Assembly (NCBI RefSeq): GCF_026210795.1
Contig: NC_089430.1
Location: forward strand, 3,162,001-3,226,000
Reading direction: 5' to 3'
Length of the DNA: 64,000 nucleotides
DNA from: Rhizophagus irregularis
Lineage: Eukaryota
The translations under genes were made by a program, and so were the position numbers. Under the pieces are notes generated by a model that worked only from the letters and a program-made list of their open reading frames with translations, did not search any database and was not told the DNA's origin. This document shows, piece by piece, positions 40,426-53,400 of the stretch. Positions within the stretch are counted from its first letter, which is position 1, and each line of letters starts with the position of its first letter.

Positions 40426-43421
40426 TAATTTTGACCATTTTGACTTTTAGAGAGGCCCAAGTCAAAATCATTTCAACCATTTTGACCATTTTGAAGGTCA
40501 AAATTAACCAATTTCAGTTTCATGTATACACTAAGCTTTACTATTTGATCTACCTGTGAATTTAATATATTATTCTTCTTTGATTGTTGTTTATTCTATT
40601 TTGATTGCTTAATCTGTTAATGAGGGGATTTGATGAAATAATGATCCATATTTTCAGATTCATTTAATTTGTCTTTTTTTCCAATATTTTTAGCCCTTTT
40701 CCATGCATTAGTAGCATTACATCTAGGCAATCAAATTAGTGAATAATAAAGGAATCCAGAAGTAAGACCAAAAATAAATTGTTTTTTGCCTTTAAAAATC
40801 CAAATATTTGTTTTGATATTTTGGAAAAATTAGTATTAACCTTAGCTTCTAAGGCCAATGAACAAAAATCAATAAATTTGTTGTTATTATGCTGTATTTC
40901 TAGTATCTGGTTTAATTTCTTATTTATGATCTTAGGTGTATTCTCTGTTGAGTTACTCCATTTTTGAATTATGGGAATCACATTGTTTTGTATTCTCCTT
41001 TTAATTATAGACCATAAGTCCTTATTGGCCTTACGTACATTCAATAAAATGATGTCTGTTTTCTTTTTTGTTAGCATTGCACCTTGGACAGACAAACTCT
41101 TTGTATAAATTTGGTTTTCGCTGTATTACAATTGTACCTATAGGAAGAAGTTTAGCAAATAGTTTAATAATAAATATTAAATGCCAATGTTTTTTAATTA
41201 AAATACAATTAAACCCTTTATATCTATGATAAGGTTGCGTGCTGTAAGTATTGATTATTATATTTCGAATTACAATCTAAGCGGGTTGTAATATTATAAA
41301 CATAAATTGTAATTTGGTTATAAATACTATGCTATTGTGGTTAACTAAAAGATGATAATTCTGATTTACAATTATTATAATTACTTGATTTTTAGACTTA
41401 CAACTATTTACGGCAGGCAACACTAATCTATGAATTAAGTTCCAGTTTACATTCCAGTCAATTGGAATTTCATGTTCATTTGATTTTAGTATTGATTATT
41501 CTGCTACCATTCTAGTATTCATTAAAGTTTTGATAAATTTCCTTAAGTTGTATTTAATAGGGATCTGTTTGAAAATTGGAAAAAATTTGACTTTCCTATT
41601 ACTATAGTTAAATCTGTTGTTAAAGTAACATCTGTTGTTACTTGTGTTCTTAGTTAATTTGTCTACCATTTCATTCATAACATCTCTCCTGTGTCCCTTA
41701 ACTTTCACTAATACTAGCTTCATCTTTTTTTCTTGTAAAAGAATATTTATCTTAAGTAAGATTAAAGAATTAGACTGCTTCAGTAGTTTTCTACCTGATT
41801 TGTTATGTTTATTATTAATCATGTAGATGGCGCTTTGACTGTCTGTATATATCTTAATTTTTACATTCATAGGATTTGTGAGTAATGCCAGAAAAATAGC
41901 CACTAATTCTGAATGTGTAGATGAAGACCATAATGATAAATTTGCTTGGGCAGATAAGGCAGGTTTGTCATTGACACAGAACGTCGCACCCATTTTTATA
42001 TACACTAAATTGGGATATTGTTTATCTCTTGATGTAGGGATGCTTGGCCTGAGTGAACCATCTGTGTAATATTCTACCATTGTTCTCTCTGCTAATACAT
42101 TTTTAATATCCATGAGTTTTGATTTCAAGTTATCATCATCTATCCATTTATAAATCCATATGTTCTGAACTAGTGGTAGGCTAATTATGAGACTTGGAGC
42201 TGATGTTAGTAACCTATCTCTGGGTAATAAAATGTTAAGATGATGAGTTGAAGATAATCATTCACCAGGAAAATTCCAACCACGCGAATTAGAGTCTCTA
42301 TCTAAAATTGCCCTCTTACAGCAGAGAGTCAGTATGGTTTGTCCAGTGTTCTGCCATCCAATTGTTCCATTTTCATTGTATCCTGGATGGTAATTCACAG
42401 AAATCCTATGTGTGTGATGATGTATTTTGTTAACTTTGCCAATTAACCATTCATTTGAATTAGCCAAAAACTCTTGAATAAAAATGACTTGTTTGTGGCG
42501 TACATTTGGTATAATATCTAGTAGAAAGGTCTAATGGTTAACTTTCACAAGCTCCAGATTATTCCTTACTGTTAAATTGTCTGTTTTTGATGTGCACAAA
42601 TGGGTCACATCACGATACTATCTAGCTACCCTTCTTTATACCAGGAATAGTGCTAAGCTACAGTATTGTTTCCATATCATTATATATGTATCCCTAATAA
42701 ATAATTGATCAATATAAAATATTGGGTAATGTGAGCTTTGGTTAATCCTATATATATATTTCGTAAGCTGATATTGTTTAAAAAACTTTAATATCAGCTC
42801 TTTTCCTCCTGATACACTTCAAGTTGATCTATCAATTGGGTCTTTCGTCATTGATATGTTAAGAGATTTAGCTATTACCAATGTGTTGAATGAGACATTT
42901 TTCTGGGCTTAAAGTTTTATCCAAGATATTGCGTAAAGATTACAGTCAAAAATTGAATCAACAATGAGTGATTTAAGCTGTGCATCTCTAAATCTAATCT
43001 GTGTAGCTACCACTGTACATGAGTCACTATTTAATCTAATCATTAAATCTGTTATAATATTGATATGATGGATTTTTCATAGGTAATCTATACCTAAACA
43101 CCCTTATGAAATAATAGAGACAAAGGTGTATTTTTGAATAATTTTATCCAGTTTTTAACCAATTTCATTATGGGAGTGAACACTTGATTCCAGTTATGTT
43201 CTGACAATGTCATGATTTGGGCTATATATATCAGTCTAGGAATCAATACTCTATTGATTAGGTAAATACATTGTCCAGCTGGAACAAATTTCCTACGAAC
43301 TGTATCACAAAAGCTTTTGACTGTTTTGGACAAATGTTGTATTCATTATCGTTTACTCAGTTTGTTGGAAAACCATACTTCAAGGTATCTTATTTTATCA
43401 TTTGTGGCTTGAATTATAGAA

Positions 43422-43955
43422 TAGGAATTGCAACGGTCACGGTCATTAACCGGTTATGACCGGTTATAACCAGTTATGACTGTGACTGATATCAGTCAGT
43501 CAAAGGCCTCTGACCAACCGTTTGACTGACCGGTCTGACTGACCGTTTAACTGATTCTGAAAACATTTGTAAAACGTTTTTTAATATGAAATTTAATAAA
43601 AAAATGTTTTGCAAACATTTTTTTAATTATTTTAATAGAAAACGTTGCGAAAATGTTTTTTATTAAGTATTTCATAAAAAAAAAAGGTTTTGTAAACGTT
43701 TTTAATTGATTTAACAAAAAAACGTTGCAAAAATGTAATCTAATAAAAAAAATGTTTCACAACATTTTTAAATAGAAATAAAAATTAAATTTAATAAAAA
43801 GTTTTCGCAAACTTTTTTTTAACCAAAAATATTGCGAAAGTGGTCAGTGGTCAAATCGGTCAAATGGTCAATCAAACAGTCAGTCGGTCGGTCAAAAGTT
43901 CTTGACCGGTTATGATCGACCGATGACCGACTATGACCGACCGTTGCCATCCCTA
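43422..43955. mobile_element. hAT-like MITE nested in the old LINE
   Basis: TAGGAATTGCAACGGTC ... GACCGTTGCCATCCCTA, with TGACCG subrepeats and AAAACGTTGC/AAAACGTTTT internal units. The TSD is degenerate. Confidence 0.8.
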
Positions 43956-44445
43956 ATCATGAACTAGTCTGATAGTTTGTTCATGCCTTTCCACTAATGG
44001 GTTGATAATTATCAATTCTGACTTTTTAGTGTTGATATCAATATTATTAATCAAATAGAATTAATTTGCTATATCTACTATCTTTTGCATCCTGGATTTT
44101 GATGATTCTAAAAATACCATATCATCCATATATGCATATACCAGAACCTGAAGCCTGTATTATGTTTATGTGGTAGGGTCATTAATATTGTTTGGCCAGG
44201 TAACTTTCATTTCATATTCACTGTCTTTAGATTGTTGTATTCCTACTAGAAGTGGATCATAGAAAATTCGCCATAGCAATGGAGAGAGTGCATTACTCTG
44301 ATCTATTCTGTCATTTCCAATAAACCCATTACTTAACCCATACGCTGTGGATATTTCAAGGGATCTGTGTTTGAAAAGGGCTATTATTCATTCAACAGAA
44401 CGTCAATATGAAACAAGGCTCGATTTAGAACCTCTAATTCAACTG

Positions 44446-45316
44446 GGACGCATTTATTTCACCAAAAATTGTTTCACCGATAATCAACTTACCGACAGTC
44501 ATTTTACTGACAGGGTCGTTTTACCTACAGTTGTTTTACCAACGATCATTTCACCGATAAGATTATTTTACCGACAGAATCATTTCACTGATAACTAAAA
44601 ATATCAGTAAAAAATACAAAAAAAAATAGCATTATAAAACAATTTATTTATTTATTTTATTTTATTTTATGGATACTAGTAACTTCAGTTTGTTCAAACC
44701 AATATGGAGCGGACTCTTACTAGAAAAAAGAAAAAAGAAAAAAACTATTCAGGGCTCCGACCAAGCCTGAATAGATAAGGTTCAGAATAATCTAGTAGTA
44801 GGTTGTGACAACGATTTGTAAAAAACTACTATACATAAAACAATCACATAAATGATCCGTATTTTTCTTTCAATCCTAATGGTTGCCATCTGTAAATACT
44901 GTCAGAAGTGGAGTGGTTCACTCTATTCTAAATTGTTAAAAGGTTTAATGTAATCTACTATAAAAAGTATAAAATGACTCCTATGGATGAAATATAAAAA
45001 ATATTACGTTAATAATGAAATATCTAAAAAAAAAATAAACATGATTAACCATTATTAATCCTTATTGCTAGAACCAGACTCCCCATTTTTTACAATAAAA
45101 AACTATTGAATATTAAATTAATAATTGTGGTTATGTTATCAGTTATTAAATTACGGTAAAAGATTAAAATTCAGTAAAATGATTTTCGGTGATATGATTT
45201 TTGGTGAAATAACCCTGTCAGTGAAATGATTTTATCGGTGAAATAATTTTCAGTGAAATGACTGTCGGTAAGTTGATTGTCGGTGAAATAATTTTTGGTG
45301 AAATATACCGAACTCA
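44446..45316. mobile_element. Non-autonomous MULE-like element with 9-bp TSD nested in the old LINE RT
   Basis: AATTCAACT on both flanks and TTTCACCGA/TCGGTGAAA subterminal arrays. Removing it restores AFDSVELEVLNR. Confidence 0.85.
44644..44834 (-). mobile_element. Short retroposed insert with (AAAT)n tail
   Basis: ATAAAACAAT at 44634-44643 and 44835-44844, a (TTTA)n tail at the left, and an internal hairpin CTATTCAGG...CCTGAATAG. Confidence 0.6.
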
Positions 45317-46788
45317 ATTCAACTGAATCAAATGCCTTCTTCATATCCTGTGTGAGGACCTATAGTTCTTTTTTATTTTCTCTGGCATTCTCAATAAAAT
45401 TATTAACCAGATGTATTAGTTCGTTTGTACGTTTTCTAGGTAAACCGCAACAATTGTATCCCTGTAGTATATTATATTTTTTTAAAACTAAACTCAACCT
45501 GTACGTAATTATCTTTGTGAAGGTTTTCTGAAAGCAGTCCAGTAATGCAATAGGTCGAGTATTTAAAATATTATATTCAAAGTTAGTGGGCTTAGGGATG
45601 GAAAGAATAATCGATGTTTTCCATGCCATAGGTATTAGTCCAGTTTGTAATGTTAGATTCCCGAACTTGACTAAAAAGTGGACTAATTCTTCAGATAATT
45701 ATAGGATGATTTGTAGTTAATACCAGATAACCCTGCAGCTGACTTTTTATTTAAATCTTTAACAGTATTGTTCTATTTTTTCATAGTAATCTTTTCTATT
45801 GTGGCTTCTATTACTTCTTTAAATTAACCTGCAGGTTTGTAAATTTGTTGCCAGAGCGACGTCAAAGAATTCTGAAGTGTATTTCTTTTCCTAAATATGC
45901 TCGCAAAATCATTGTCTACTGCTTTCTTAATCTCTCCTAAATCTGTAACCAGTCTCTTAGTCGAACTTCCTAATTTTTTGTTTACTAACACCTTATCTAT
46001 AACTATATTAGTGTAAGTGTTTTTATCTAATATACTAAACAGCTATGTTGTTTGATCTTTTTGTGTAATTTCAACTCTTTTATTTATTTTATTTTTAATG
46101 GATTTTGTTTCTGTTGCTTTGTATTTTTTATAATCTGCTCTTAGGCGATAATTCACTTTTTTTTTAAGATTGTCAAACCAATTTTCTGAAAACATATTAT
46201 ATATGACTATATTACACTTGTTATAATCATCGGTCGATGTAACATAGTCTTGATTATATTTGGCAATTTTTCTAGTCCATCTGGATTTGGCATCCGCAGT
46301 AGCGGTCATTTGTTAATTGCCATAATAATAATTATGTAATAATTTAAGCAACTCATTTGTATGTTGTTCTGGTCTCATCTTTTTCTTGTTATAATGTCGA
46401 GGGGTGAGGGGAATCCAACTGAATGTTACACAATATGATTTTAGGTTAACGCAACTGTCCATTTAAGGTTACACTGATCACATTTATTATTACAGTCAAC
46501 TCCCTCTATAGTCACTCCCGTTATAGTCACATTCTACTATATAGTCACACCAGTTGAATGTTCAAAACACTTTATTATTAAAATCTATCCTATATAGTCA
46601 CAATCTATCTATAGTCACTATCACACCTATCCTCAAAAATCTTATATTAAAAAGAACCATTTATAATCACAGTTATATAAAGAATATATTAAATAACTTG
46701 GTATCTAATAATCGTACAAAGATGTGTCATAGCTTGTTAGAATCGTCTCACTGAGACGAATCGAATGGTGGTAGTTTTATCCTTTTCC

Positions 46789-47572
46789 TTTGCTAATGTT
46801 TACGGCCAGACCACCCATTGCCTCTTATGAGACTAATCTTGGGTCTGTGTCCTATCATCTTCAATGGGCAACCATTATACCGAGTACTTAATTCCTCAGG
46901 TAACAGCACCACTATAGAAGACATACATCCCCCATCGGGCCATTATAGGCTGATCTGAAGCTAGGTACACGCCGCCTACTCATCCTATACCCATTGCATG
47001 ATACTGATACTCAATTTATTTAACGACCTTTAGAGAGCATCTACTTTCATGGAGGACTTTCGACAGGTAACATCAACCATCTAGTACCCTTCCATACCAC
47101 CATTTTAGGTACTAAGCCTCACTCAAAGGCCACTACAGCCCGCGATTACCTAGCACCGATAGTACAGTTGTTTACCCCAAGTGGTATACTTTGTAGTGAC
47201 CACTCGGACAGGAAGTAGCAGGCTTCTGTCCAGGATCACCCCTTATGGTGGGTATCAACCACCAGGGATCACCAACCAGGACCCAAGAAGTGCGGGAATC
47301 GAACCCCATAACCATGCTACCTGTTCTGCGCACGAACACCTTGGTTGGTCTAAGACCTAACAGAAGGTCAAACTACCACTAAGACATTGCACCCTCAGCT
47401 TTACCATCTAGGACAACCATCTAGCTATTACTGACCCCAAGTGGTATCGTGGAGTGACCACCTGAACAGGAAGTCCCCCAAGGTATAGTAGTGACCTCAA
47501 GGACAGGACTGCGCACATACCAATGGCCTCATAGGGAACGTTAGAAGGACACCATGACCCTTAGTTGAAATG
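46789..47572 (-). mobile_element. GC-rich tRNA-related SINE-like element, 5'-truncated copy
   Basis: 16-bp TSD AGTTTTATCCTTTTCC at 46773-46788 and 47573-47588, and a B-box GGTTCGATTCC on the minus strand. About 540 bp is homologous to about 56382-56920. Confidence 0.85.
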
Positions 47573-48354
47573 AGTTTTATCCTTTTCCGATCACTGGCTG
47601 ACGAGTTATTCGACAAAATGTTAAACATCGGCATTATAATATTTCTTAATTTATGTTTACTGCGCCATTTAACATTTTGCTAGATTTCTCAGTACCTAGT
47701 GATTGTAAAAAGACGATTAATAGCTCTTTGGAATCGCCTCATCGAGACGAATCGAATGGTGGTAAGCTCATCTCTCTGTGATCAATATTGACGGAGTTAT
47801 TACTTAAAAACCATTTAATATTTTTTAATTTCGGAAATTGATCTAGTGATTGGATTTCGATGTATCTTATACCATTAGATTCGTCTCATCAAGAAGAATC
47901 GAATGGTAGTAAGATCGTCTTTCTAGGATCAATATTGACAGAGTTATTACACAAAAACTATTAATATTTTTTTAATTTCGGAAATTAATCTAGTGATTGG
48001 ATTTCGACGTATTTTATACCATTAGAACCGTCTCATCAAGACGAATCGAATGGCGGTAAGATCATCTCTCTACGATTAATATTGGCGAAGTTACGATACA
48101 ATAAAGTTTTAAGTATAATTCTGGCTAAAATTATGTTAATTTTTGGCCGGAATTATGATATACAAATATAAGAAATTTTTTATATAGTCACATCTCTTTA
48201 TAATCACCAAATATGGAGGATCATCGCAACTCTTTCCTGAATTTTTGAAAATACTAATAAAATTTATTTTTGAAATTTTCGTTCGAAAATTTCTAAGTGC
48301 TCGTTCTAAATACTATATTTCTTCAGTTGCTTTCCTCTTTACTGAGCTTCTACT

Positions 48355-50475
48355 ATGTCTACACCTCCAGCTCCTTCTGTTATTAACCTGGATATTCCGC
48401 CGCCACCGCGTCTTATTACTTCTACTCCCTCAGGAGACCGCCCTTTGTCTCCCACGACTACCGCTGGCGCGCTTAATAAACGTTCACGAATTGTCACTGA
48501 TGATGCTATGAATGTTGATATAACTTCGCCTTCTGCTCCTGCTCCCACCCTTACTTCTACCGTTCCTTCTGGTCTTCCTGTCAACAAAGTCCACGTGATT
48601 ACATCTCCTCAAAATATTTCCACTCCTGTTGAAACTGTTGACGCTTTTATCCATGCTCCCTCTAACACCAGTGGTAAAGGCAAAGCTGTCGCTTTTGATA
48701 TCCCAGAACGACGACCATCCCCCGATGGTAATGCTGCCGCTATAAAATCCGCTCTATCTCGTTATTATGCTGCGGCATATTTACGCGATGCGCCTGACGC
48801 GTTCAAGACTAAATTCACCACCAATCGCTCCATGTGTGACGAAGTGGATTGCTCGCTCTCCAGATATTCCTCATATGGCACCCGCGCACGCTGCGATGGA
48901 TCAGGCGATAACAAAAAAATCCTTGTCTTCTTCTTTGATCAACATGATTTTACCGATTGTGTCAGCTCCCCACGTGCCGATCTCCTCGATTTGGCCTTCA
49001 GTCATTATTCCTCTGCAGACGCCAAGCTCAGTGACGAAATGAAGTCTTTGTTCGTCACTGATATCCCACTTTTCCTTACTGAGACTCAAGTCCGTCAGGC
49101 ATTTTCCCGATATGGTACTGTGATTAAATGCAAACTCACCCCCAAAAAACATTACTATAATGGACATATCCAGTTCTCCTCCGCGGATGCAATTACCCAA
49201 TTTAATGATATCTGGGCAATCATTTGCCTTGGTAATTCTTTACGTGTCTGCCCCGCATCTTTTTCGAAATCCCAACGTGATAGCCGCAGAGAACATGTTG
49301 CTATCCTTGCCGGCATTCCTAAGAATATTAAAGAAGCTGATCTACTAGAAATTGCCACTCAAGTCAATGCCAAGGCCCTTAACGTTCCATTATCTATCAA
49401 TTCCTACAAGCCTAAACCATATGTATATTTGAATTTCTCCTCATTTGAATCTCTTGAAGCTGCCAAAGAAATGACCGTGGCTTTCCGCGGCAAATGTTTA
49501 ACATGGCACTCTCCTAACGAAGCACAAACTCTATGTCATGTTTGTGGGCGTCCTGGTTGTTCTCCCTCTGTATGCAATCCCCATACCACACGGAAAGTGG
49601 ACGATCGCCTTAACAAACTTTATTCTCGTTTCAATGCTGGCCCTAGACGAGGCCGTCAGGATTCACGACAATCACGTGACAATTCTAATTCTCGTTCGAG
49701 ATCGCGTTCCAATTCTCGATCTCGCAATAATAATTCTTCTTCATCCCGCTCTAACAACAACAATAAGAATTCCAACTCTTCTTGTCCCAATACTTCTCGA
49801 AGTAGCAACCGGACCAATAATAATCATAATAATCCTAGGAACAATGATAATTCTTCTGGACCTACTCAACCTCTGCACAAACCTCATCCTATCATTTCTA
49901 CAACGCCTACTTCTTCATCCAACAATCCTGCCCCTACGCTTCCTCAACATGTTATTGATGAACTAAAGGCACAGATCAAAGAGATCGCTAACACTCTCCA
50001 TACTTTGGAAGAAACTGTCTCTTGGATGAATGATACTATTACGTCCCATGAGTATAGGCTATCCGAACTTGAATCAATGATGAACTATGACAACCCTGGT
50101 GATTCTGATTTGTATCCACCTCGTGATGATTATGAACGTCACAATCATTCCTATGACAATGGATGGGATGACGCTCCAACCCAAGACACGAATTCTGGTT
50201 TCAATTTTCCTCCCCATACTTCCTCTTCTCTTATGGACGTTTCTCCTGATGCTTCCTTCTCAGCCCTAGATCCTAACTCCATCCTATCAAGACGACATGT
50301 CCCCTTACCTGTCTCCCGACCTACTACTATTGCCCCCGATGCTAACACTTCCCGTTTGCAATCAGAAATTTTTAATGTTACTAATACACAAAAGAATCTC
50401 TCTGCCCAACTTGGTTCGATTATGGACAAATTGGACTCTTTCTCCCCCTCAAAACTCTCCCCTTCCAATGATTGA
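48355..50475 (+). CDS. LINE ORF1: RRM-containing nucleic-acid chaperone with zinc knuckle-like motif, RS/N-rich tract and coiled coil
   Basis: 706-aa open frame with RRM-like LFVTDIP...FSRYGTV...GHIQF and PYVYLNF, CHVCGRPGC, RSRSRS, and heptad-like IDELKAQIKEIANTLHTLEE. Confidence 0.9.
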   Translation: MSTPPAPSVINLDIPPPPRLITSTPSGDRPLSPTTTAGALNKRSRIVTDDAMNVDITSPSAPAPTLTSTVPSGLPVNKVHVITSPQNISTPVETVDAFIHAPSNTSGKGKAVAFDIPERRPSPDGNAAAIKSALSRYYAAAYLRDAPDAFKTKFTTNRSMCDEVDCSLSRYSSYGTRARCDGSGDNKKILVFFFDQHDFTDCVSSPRADLLDLAFSHYSSADAKLSDEMKSLFVTDIPLFLTETQVRQAFSRYGTVIKCKLTPKKHYYNGHIQFSSADAITQFNDIWAIICLGNSLRVCPASFSKSQRDSRREHVAILAGIPKNIKEADLLEIATQVNAKALNVPLSINSYKPKPYVYLNFSSFESLEAAKEMTVAFRGKCLTWHSPNEAQTLCHVCGRPGCSPSVCNPHTTRKVDDRLNKLYSRFNAGPRRGRQDSRQSRDNSNSRSRSRSNSRSRNNNSSSSRSNNNNKNSNSSCPNTSRSSNRTNNNHNNPRNNDNSSGPTQPLHKPHPIISTTPTSSSNNPAPTLPQHVIDELKAQIKEIANTLHTLEETVSWMNDTITSHEYRLSELESMMNYDNPGDSDLYPPRDDYERHNHSYDNGWDDAPTQDTNSGFNFPPHTSSSLMDVSPDASFSALDPNSILSRRHVPLPVSRPTTIAPDANTSRLQSEIFNVTNTQKNLSAQLGSIMDKLDSFSPSKLSPSND

Positions 50476-53400
50476 ACACCAATTTATATCGGGTGCATCA
50501 CAGGGATTTTACCCCCCTAATAGTGCGATACCTAATAATAATATTCTTAATAATTCTTCCTCTCCTTTCTCTTCCCCTCTTATTTCCTTTGGACAAATCA
50601 ATGTTAATGATTTGTGTTCCCCTGTTCGACAATTGCATTTGTTAAATTATTTTCTCCATTCTTCTTTTGGCGTTTTATCTTTAAATAATACTCGTCTTAC
50701 TTCTTCCGGTGCTAAATTTATTTATCAAAATGAACATTCCCACCATAATTTTAAGTCCTATTGGGCCCCTTCTTCTTCTAATTCACGACCTCATGATGGT
50801 GTTAGTCTTTTACTCCGTCATCCTTTACACAAACATGTTCAGAAGATTGATTCCTGGAAAGGTCGTCTTTTAAAATTAGATCTTTTTTTTCATCAGACGA
50901 AAATTTCTATTATTTCTGTTTATATTCCTCCTTATCATTCTATTCATTATAAAGAACGTGATGCTATTTTTGCCCAACTTAATTTATGGCTTGATAAAGC
51001 CCGCTCTAATAACTATCACGTAGTCATCCTTGGTGATTTTAATGCAGATGAAATTTCACATTCACATCTTCTTCAACATCATTTGAAAATTTTGCGATCA
51101 CTTTCTTCTCGATATTTTACGGATCATCAATCCCATACCTCTTCAATTTCAGGTCCAAGTCCCACCTTTTATCATCAGAATGGTTCTTCAAGACTTGATT
51201 ATATTTGGTCATCCCCTGGATTTCCTGCTCCTGGTCTTTTCTCTCAAACTGAAACTTGTCCTAAGCTGAACGATAATCAATTTACTGATCACTGTGTACT
51301 TTTAACGGCCTTCGATTTTAGCTCATGTTTCGCTAATTTATCCAAAGCTCGATTAAAACAGAAAAGCGAACAACGCACCATCTTTCTTTATAAAAATTTG
51401 AAAGATGACACTTGGGACAAATTTTCCAATGAAGTAAACTCACGTCTTGAGTTATACTTGACCACACACCACCCTTCAGTATCTTCACTTTCAGCTCTTT
51501 CATTGGACAAACTTTGGCACGCTCTTAAACGTTCTATTCTTGGTGATGCCATTGATTCTCTACCATTCCAACATGTATCCAATACTCATCACCATAAATA
51601 TCCTCCTGAACTTACCATGCTTATTGCTGTCAACAAATTCTTGGATAGATTATTGTTTAAATTGACCACATCTAGGCCTGGTCATCCTGCTCAAATTTTA
51701 CAAATGATTAATTCTTTACCAACCCAATTCATCCTCCTTAAGTCTCTTTTAACAGATTATACTATACCTTCTTATAGTACAACACCGCTTCCTACTTTTG
51801 TCAAATTTTTACGTTCACAAAAAGCTTTGGTCTCAGCTTATCTTTCCACACAATTTCATCAGCATCGTGTAGATTCCATTGAATATTATACTGCTCTTAG
51901 AGATGAACATTTCTCTACATCCCCGGGCTCTTTTATTTCTTCAGCCCTATCAGTGGAACATCGTTCTATTGTCCTTGATAGAGTTTTGGTTGTTATTGAC
52001 TCCAAACCCACATTACTTACTGATCCTTCAGATATCAAACAAGCTGCTATTAAACACTTCCAATCGGTTGTCACTCCTCCTTTGGTCCAGTATTCTTCTA
52101 CGGATTCATTTCCTCCTCGATGGCAACGAGCTTATACTCCTCTTCCAGATATTGATTCGTCCTTATATAACTTGGTTATGTCTCCTATTCTGGCCGATGA
52201 ATGGAAAAACACTCTCAATTCTATGCCTAATAATAAAGCCTCTGGTCCTTCCAAGATCTCTTATGAGATGCTCAAACATTTAACTGGAGAAACTTTCAAT
52301 TTGTCCCTTGTATTAGCCAATGCTTGTCTCATTCATGGAGATATTCCTGCCGATTGGCGTGAAGCACTTGTTTATCCCATTCCAAAGCCTCATGAATTTG
52401 ACGCCCAATTGAAGAATACGCGACCTATCACTCTATTGGAAACAGTACGTAAATGTGTGGTTAAGGTCGTTACAACTCGACTATCAAAAATCCTAGCCGA
52501 CAATCAAGTGCTCCAAGGTGGTAATTTTGCCGGATTACCAGGCGGCTCCACCGACATTCCTATTAAGATGCTTGATGCTATTATTCATCAACGACGCTTT
52601 GATAAAAGCGATGACCAAGAACTATGGGTTGTTTCTCAGGACATTTCTAAGGCCTTTGACTCAATTGATTTGAACATGCTTAGACTGGCTTTAATCCGTC
52701 TGCATATTCCGTCTTTATTGATCAAATTTATCATTAACCTTTTTTACAAGGCGTAATAATAAAATTATTACACATCATGGTGATACTTCTGGATATAGAG
52801 TTAGAATTGGTATTGACCAAGGTGAAATCATCTCTCCACTATTATGGGTTATATATTTGGATCCATTACTTACCACACTTAATCGAGAAGCTTGTGATCC
52901 CTTTATTTTGAAATCTTCTGCATTATTGGATTATTTTCCAATTGAATATGAACAACATAATCTTCCTGTTTCACATATTACATTTATGGATGACTCTACT
53001 TTGATTGCTTCATCTAAACAAGGAATTGAAGATCGCCTTTCTATTACTGCGGAATTTTACACTTTAAATAATACTCAAGCAAATTCAGCAAAATATATCC
53101 TTCTTTCTTCTGAACAATTTTCTCAAACTATTGTATTTGATCTATTCCCATCTTCTTTAAATACGATTCATACCCTTACTTTAAAGGCGTTAGCCTTATC
53201 TACATCCTTTCGGTTTTTAGGTGTTTGGTTTAACCTTTCAGCTTCTTCTCGTTTCGTTTATAACCAAACTGTTTCCATGGTCAAAGACATGGCTGCTCTA
53301 CTCAGTCCTAAAAAACTTTTAGTACAACATATAGCTTATCTTTATAACGTTGTCCTACTTCCGAGGCTTGAATTTCGCCTACAAACCACATTATTTGCAG

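Larger units (their letters stand above)
39724..40524. mobile_element. CATGAA-terminus MITE copy 2, with nested insertions
   Basis: Colinear with 10022-10437 apart from inserts at about 39882-40149 and 40322-40425. Confidence 0.85.
40560..46400 (-). pseudogene. Old degenerate non-LTR retrotransposon ORF2 (RT + RNase H)
   Basis: IPKP...NTRPIALL, KAFDSVEL, AYMDD, RVLIPRLIY, and RNase H YTDGS/SELVAI/YTDS/VKGH. Many stops and two nested DNA elements. Confidence 0.9.
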
